From an uncultured Lachnospiraceae bacterium (lineage in GTDB: Bacteria > Bacillota > Clostridia > Lachnospirales > Lachnospiraceae): 64,000 bases of DNA. Shown in pieces: positions 59,114 to 64,000 of the stretch (the stretch's first letter is position 1; every line of letters begins with the position of its first letter). Both the position numbers and the translations under genes were made by a program. The notes below the pieces were generated by a model. The model ran no database searches. It saw only the letters and a list, made by a program, of their open reading frames with translations, and was not told the DNA's origin. The stretch is from contig CAZGSF010000001.1 of assembly GCA_964528145.1 (NCBI GenBank), positions 3,267 to 67,266 of the forward strand, in the 5' to 3' direction.

Positions 59114-59893
59114 ATGGCTGAACCTAAGAAGAAAAAAATTGTTTCTGCCGATAACGGTAAAGAGGTAGAAGCAGGCTCACTTAAAAAGAAAGGTGCCCGC
59201 AAGGAAGCGGCTCCCGTAGGAAATGCAACAGGACTTCGTGTAGGTGCGATTGTACTGTGGCTTGTAGCGATTGGTTTTGAGGTACTTGCAGTATTAATGT
59301 TAAACGGAACTGTTAATCTGACATTTATGTCAACATTAACACAGATTATTATTGTATTGGTACTTGACCTTGCATGTGTTATTATCGGCTCCCAGCTTTG
59401 GAAGAAAGCAAACCATATTAAACCCGCAAGTGAGAAGAATAAACTTAAATTCTGGTTGTGGAATAACATGGGTGTTATCGCATGTGCGGTTGCATTTATT
59501 CCTTTCGTAATCCTTGCCCTTACCAATAAGGAAGCTGACAAGAAGACTAAAGCAATTGCAACAGTAGTAGCAATTATTGCTTTATTAATCGGCGGTGTTG
59601 CAAGTTACGATTTCAATCCTGTTTCCGAAGAACAGCAGCAGGCGGCTATGAATGCAATTTCTGATGATGTTTACTGGAGTCCGTTCGGTAAGGTATATCA
59701 CACTCATGACGATTGCCAGTCATTAAATCAGAGTGATGAACTTACATATGGTACTGTTGAACAGGCTATTGCTGACGGACGTACACGTCTCTGTGCCTTC
59801 TGTGCAAAACGTGATGATATTTCAGGTGTTGTAACTGACCAGAATGTAGATGATATTGAATTGGAAGACGTTGAAGAAACAGCCGAGGAATAG
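59114..59893 (+). CDS. 4-TM membrane protein with C-terminal putative metal-binding domain
   Basis: Four hydrophobic helices, then VYW...GKVYH...C..L...RLCAFCA. Confidence 0.7.
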   Translation: MAEPKKKKIVSADNGKEVEAGSLKKKGARKEAAPVGNATGLRVGAIVLWLVAIGFEVLAVLMLNGTVNLTFMSTLTQIIIVLVLDLACVIIGSQLWKKANHIKPASEKNKLKFWLWNNMGVIACAVAFIPFVILALTNKEADKKTKAIATVVAIIALLIGGVASYDFNPVSEEQQQAAMNAISDDVYWSPFGKVYHTHDDCQSLNQSDELTYGTVEQAIADGRTRLCAFCAKRDDISGVVTDQNVDDIELEDVEETAEE

Positions 59894-59910
59894 TTAAAGT
59901 GTGCAAAAAG

Positions 59911-59941
59911 AGCGGATTACTGTTTGGTAGTCCGCTTTTTT
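59911..59941 (+). terminator. Intrinsic terminator
   Basis: AGCGGATTAC...GTAGTCCGCT followed by a T-tract. Confidence 0.75.
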
Positions 59942-59977
59942 AATAAATTTCTTAAAGGTGGAAATCAGGAGGTTAAT

Positions 59978-62900
59978 ATGAGCAAAAACAAAAGAGTATT
60001 GGGATTTTTGTTGAGTTTGATAATGTTGGTTTGTCAGGTGCCGGTGCAGGTACATGCGAGTGAACAGGTAAGTTGTTCTAATTATGCTACCTATGTTAAT
60101 CCCATGTATGAAGATTTGGTGGGATATATAGATGTATCTGAAAACGGCGAATCTTATTTTGATGTAAACATAGAAGAACTTGAAGTTGCCGCAACATATT
60201 CAACAATTGAAAGTGCGGCTGAGTATCTTAAATCACAGATGGTTAACCGTGTTACTAATATTACTTTCAAGATGCCTTTTGATATTGTATATAATAATCA
60301 GAATACGATTCTTAATGATATTTTTAATAAAGCCTTAGAGTATACCGAGGAATGTAATGGTCAGGAAGGTGATGCCTTGGCGTGCTCATTTACCACGGCC
60401 GGAATGGGATATAGCGGTAATTCCAATGATGGAATGACTTTGACGTATGAGATCACATACCTTTCCACAGCTGAGCAGGAACAGGAACTGACTACTGAGG
60501 TTAATATGGTAATGACAGAACTCGCCCTTGGCGGAAAGACCGAATATGAAAAAGTAAAGGCAATACATGATTATATATGTGATAATGTTGATTATGATTA
60601 TACCTATACAAAATACAGTGCATACGATGCCCTTTGTACCGGAACGGCTGTATGTCAAGGGTATGCGGTGCTTTTTTACAGAATGTGTAAAGAGGCAGGC
60701 TTGCCGGTTCGTATTATAACCGGAATGGGACAAACTGAACGTCATGCGTGGAATATCGTACAAATTGGTGATGTATATTACAATATAGACTGTACATGGG
60801 ACGGACAGGATCCGGAAACTAATTATTCATATTTCCTTCTAAATGAAATTGATTTTGTTGGCCATACCAGAGATGATGAATACCTTACTACCGAATTTAA
60901 CGCAGCATATCCTATGGCAGAGTATTCTTATGGCAAGGATACTGTGGAATTGCCTAATATGGATAATCTTGATGTAACATTTACCACCATAGATGATAGC
61001 ACTGTAACAAGTCATGCTGATGGCAAACCTAAGGTTTTGGTATTTTTTAGAACTACCTGTTTTAACAGTCAAAGTACGATAAAAAGTATTGTTGACAGTG
61101 AGATTGCCGGAGTAGATATTATTGCACTTGATGTTGATGCGAAAACCAAAGCAGATGTGTTGGATTTTAAAGAGAATTATGGAAGTGATGACATTGTATT
61201 TTCATATAGTGAATCGACTATCAACAATCAAACCATGTGGTCATACTTGTATAAAGTAGGAATAAACACAAGCGTTACACTACCGGTAGTCTGCTATATT
61301 GATGCTAATGATAAATTTCAATGTTGTACAACCGGTTTAAGCAGTGGTTGGCAGATTATTTCAAATTTAAAACGCTATTGTGGATACACGGAGGTTGTTA
61401 AGGAATACACCATTACATACAATTTAGATGGTGGCACAAACCATCCGGATAATCCTGCTACATTTACATCAAAGACTGAAACAATTACATTGCAGGACCC
61501 TGTTAAAACAGGATATGCTTTTAAGGGCTGGTACGCTGATGCGGAATTTACAACTCCAGTTACACAGATTGTAAAAGGTACAAAGGAAAATCTTGTTTTG
61601 TATGCTAAATTTGTAAAAGAACTGGAACTTGTTGTCCCGGCAAAAACCACTTATGTAGTGGGCGAGAAAATAGACCTTACAGGAGGAAGTGTAACCCACG
61701 GACAGTCAGGTGAAACGGCAACAATTACAAATGCCATGATTAGCGGTTTTTCATCAGAAGAAGCCGGTGTATATGCAGTTACGGTTACATACAAAAACTG
61801 TTCAACAAGCTTTGAAGTACTTGTTGTGGACATACCTTCATTACGTGCTGATTACGGTCAGGCTCTGTCGGAACTGACCTTGCCAACAAGCGAGTATGGT
61901 GTATACAACTGGGCAGATGCTTCCACGGTTATGTCACAGGTAGGCGAGAATGAGTGTCTGATGACATTTACGCCTAATGATGCAAGGTTTAACGTCCGTG
62001 AGGATTTAAAAGCGAAAGTAAGCGTTTATCGTTCTATTTCAGATGTGGCATCAATTATACTTACAGAGAATAATTTTGTATATAACGGATTGGCTCATAC
62101 ACCGGGCATTACGGTTATGCTTGATGAATCGGTGTTGGATGCAGCAAATTACATATATGCTTACAGGGATAATGTAAATGCCGGAACGGCAACTGTTACA
62201 GTAAGTGGTCAGGATTTCTATGAAGGTAGTAAAGAAGTTACTTTTATTATAGATAAAGCGAAACTTACTATAAAGGCCAGAGATTTAACAATTGCGGTAG
62301 GTGATGAACTGCCTGTATCCTGTGAATACGAGATAACAGGGCTTGTTCAGGGCGACACACTTATAGAAGAACCTGAGTTTTCCTATAATGTTGAAAATTC
62401 ACAGATATCGGGGGTTTACATAATTACTCCATCAGGAGCAGTGGCGTCATCCAATTACGATGAAAATATAACATATATAAACGGCAAACTTCAGATTGCA
62501 CAGGAAAATGTTGCATATATAGTTGATTTTGATGTGCAGGGAATAGGTGAAGCACCTGATTCTGTTTACGGAGTAATTGCGGGAAGTATGATAGCGGCTC
62601 CTGAAATTCCTGTTGCGGAAGGCTACACATTTGCAGGCTGGTATAAAGATTCCTTGTGCAAGACTCAATGGGATTTTGAAAAGGATGTAGTACAGTCTGA
62701 CATTATTTTATATGCTAAGTGGCTGGTAAATAAGGCTGGAAGCAGTTTTGCCATAAATGATATAGGAGCAGTTTACTATACAGGAAAAGCCTTAAAACCG
62801 GCTGTGCAGGTATATGACGGGGATACGCTTCTTAAAATAAATAAAGATTATACAATTAAGTACTTTAACAATACTAATGTAAATACTGTACCGTCAGGTG

Positions 62901-64000
62901 AGACTTTTGATAATACACTTCCTTACATTACCATTACCGGAAAAGGCAATTATTCCGAGACAATATCGGTTAATTTTGACATTTTGCCGGCGGCAATTGG
63001 TGATGGAAGTGCAGCAAGTGGTGTGGCATTAAAACTTGATGAGCAGCTTGTGGTAAATACGAAAGCGGATGTTAGTCCGTTAAAGTCAATCAAATTTGGC
63101 AGGGCAATGAAGCAGAATGTTGATTATACACTTAAACTTATTGCAGTTAATGCAAAGGATTCTTCCGGAAATACTATAACCGGTGAAATGGCAAATGGTA
63201 TGATTCCTGCAGGTAGCAGTGGTACATTTTCGGCTGTGATTACGGGAATAGGCAATTATACAGGTAGAATTTCCAAGCCGGTTGTGGTAACAGCGAAGAA
63301 TCAATTGATGAAAAACGCAAAGATTACTATTGGTAAGAATATAAAGAGCTTGCAGTTTGATTATTATAAGGATGAATTGAACAGCGCATTGCCTGTAGGA
63401 TATTATGACGCAGGCACCAAAAAGTATTATGCAGTCGTGAACGGAGAAATTGATTATAGCGCTGAGGTTAAGGCTACAGATGTGTTTACTGTAAAATGCG
63501 GCAATCAGAATCTGATTTATCAGAAAGATTTTGTTGTAAGTTACTTAAATGACAAAGGTGTGGGAACGGCAACTCTTACAGTAACCGGAATAGGTAATTA
63601 TGCAGGTAGTAAATCTGTTACATTCAAATTGACAGGCAAAGCATTCAATGCAAAGACTGTTAGTGTGGAAGGAGTTTCGGGTAAGACTTATACCGGATAT
63701 GCCATTACCCAGAATAGTGCAAGCCTTACATATACAGACGGAACACCTCTTAAATACGGCAAGGATTATACAATAAAATATTCCCAAAATATAAACAAAG
63801 GAACTGCTGTAATGACCTTTGTTGCAAAAGACAGTTCCGGCTATCAGGGTAAATTTACTAAAAAATTTGCTATAGGAGCCGCGAATGTTTCAGGTACAAC
63901 AGCTACAGAGGAAACTCTGAATATTGTAATGGAATATGATAAAGCCGGTGTAAAGCCCGTGGCACAGATTATACTTACGAACACATCCGGTAAGCGTCTG
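59978..64000 (+). CDS. Large secreted/surface protein (3'-truncated, >1341 aa): transglutaminase-like + thioredoxin-like + InlB B-repeat/Ig-like/MBG-like repeats
   Basis: Absent from the ORF track because there is no stop in the window. AGGAGG-ATG 59978; signal peptide MSKNKRVLGFLLSLIMLVCQVPVQVHA; VCQGYA/HAWN/IDCTWD triad; frame read by hand and open to 64000. Confidence 0.9.
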   Translation, partial: MSKNKRVLGFLLSLIMLVCQVPVQVHASEQVSCSNYATYVNPMYEDLVGYIDVSENGESYFDVNIEELEVAATYSTIESAAEYLKSQMVNRVTNITFKMPFDIVYNNQNTILNDIFNKALEYTEECNGQEGDALACSFTTAGMGYSGNSNDGMTLTYEITYLSTAEQEQELTTEVNMVMTELALGGKTEYEKVKAIHDYICDNVDYDYTYTKYSAYDALCTGTAVCQGYAVLFYRMCKEAGLPVRIITGMGQTERHAWNIVQIGDVYYNIDCTWDGQDPETNYSYFLLNEIDFVGHTRDDEYLTTEFNAAYPMAEYSYGKDTVELPNMDNLDVTFTTIDDSTVTSHADGKPKVLVFFRTTCFNSQSTIKSIVDSEIAGVDIIALDVDAKTKADVLDFKENYGSDDIVFSYSESTINNQTMWSYLYKVGINTSVTLPVVCYIDANDKFQCCTTGLSSGWQIISNLKRYCGYTEVVKEYTITYNLDGGTNHPDNPATFTSKTETITLQDPVKTGYAFKGWYADAEFTTPVTQIVKGTKENLVLYAKFVKELELVVPAKTTYVVGEKIDLTGGSVTHGQSGETATITNAMISGFSSEEAGVYAVTVTYKNCSTSFEVLVVDIPSLRADYGQALSELTLPTSEYGVYNWADASTVMSQVGENECLMTFTPNDARFNVREDLKAKVSVYRSISDVASIILTENNFVYNGLAHTPGITVMLDESVLDAANYIYAYRDNVNAGTATVTVSGQDFYEGSKEVTFIIDKAKLTIKARDLTIAVGDELPVSCEYEITGLVQGDTLIEEPEFSYNVENSQISGVYIITPSGAVASSNYDENITYINGKLQIAQENVAYIVDFDVQGIGEAPDSVYGVIAGSMIAAPEIPVAEGYTFAGWYKDSLCKTQWDFEKDVVQSDIILYAKWLVNKAGSSFAINDIGAVYYTGKALKPAVQVYDGDTLLKINKDYTIKYFNNTNVNTVPSGETFDNTLPYITITGKGNYSETISVNFDILPAAIGDGSAASGVALKLDEQLVVNTKADVSPLKSIKFGRAMKQNVDYTLKLIAVNAKDSSGNTITGEMANGMIPAGSSGTFSAVITGIGNYTGRISKPVVVTAKNQLMKNAKITIGKNIKSLQFDYYKDELNSALPVGYYDAGTKKYYAVVNGEIDYSAEVKATDVFTVKCGNQNLIYQKDFVVSYLNDKGVGTATLTVTGIGNYAGSKSVTFKLTGKAFNAKTVSVEGVSGKTYTGYAITQNSASLTYTDGTPLKYGKDYTIKYSQNINKGTAVMTFVAKDSSGYQGKFTKKFAIGAANVSGTTATEETLNIVMEYDKAGVKPVAQIILTNTSGKRL

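Noticed and set aside
60386..63787. Several short minus-strand ORFs at the right end
   Set aside because: All are antisense to the single long plus-strand ORF starting at 59978.

Overview
Chromosomal window from a low-GC, flagellated Firmicute, most likely Lachnospiraceae/Clostridia (inferred from gene content). Left end: the 3' part of an accessory Sec (SecA2/SecY2-type) export and O-glycosylation operon (asp1-asp2-asp3-secA2-gtfA-gtfB). It converges on a type IV filament-like operon (transglutaminase lipoprotein, PilC, four pilin-like genes, PilT-like ATPase) that has no PilB and no prepilin peptidase. Next come a GH109-like gene, an internally deleted EamA pseudogene and tRNA-Thr(GGT). The middle is mostly housekeeping: PBP1A, yigZ, mgtE, typA, ssb, lysine riboswitch-dapA-dapB, fbp, hisA, csp, degenerate M23 + bactofilin, pspA-SPFH, pcrA, rlmD. 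The right part is a motility/c-di-GMP/surface neighbourhood: GGDEF-GGDEF-EAL, HD-GYP, a 1608-aa flagellin with a sigma-28 promoter and about 11 internal repeats, a TraX-7TM-GGDEF fusion, a hybrid kinase with HPt, a double-receiver protein, and a >1341-aa secreted transglutaminase/thioredoxin-like repeat protein that runs off the window and is missing from the ORF track. I saw no CRISPR array, rRNA, transposase or integrase. All family calls come from recognising motifs by eye, not from database searches.
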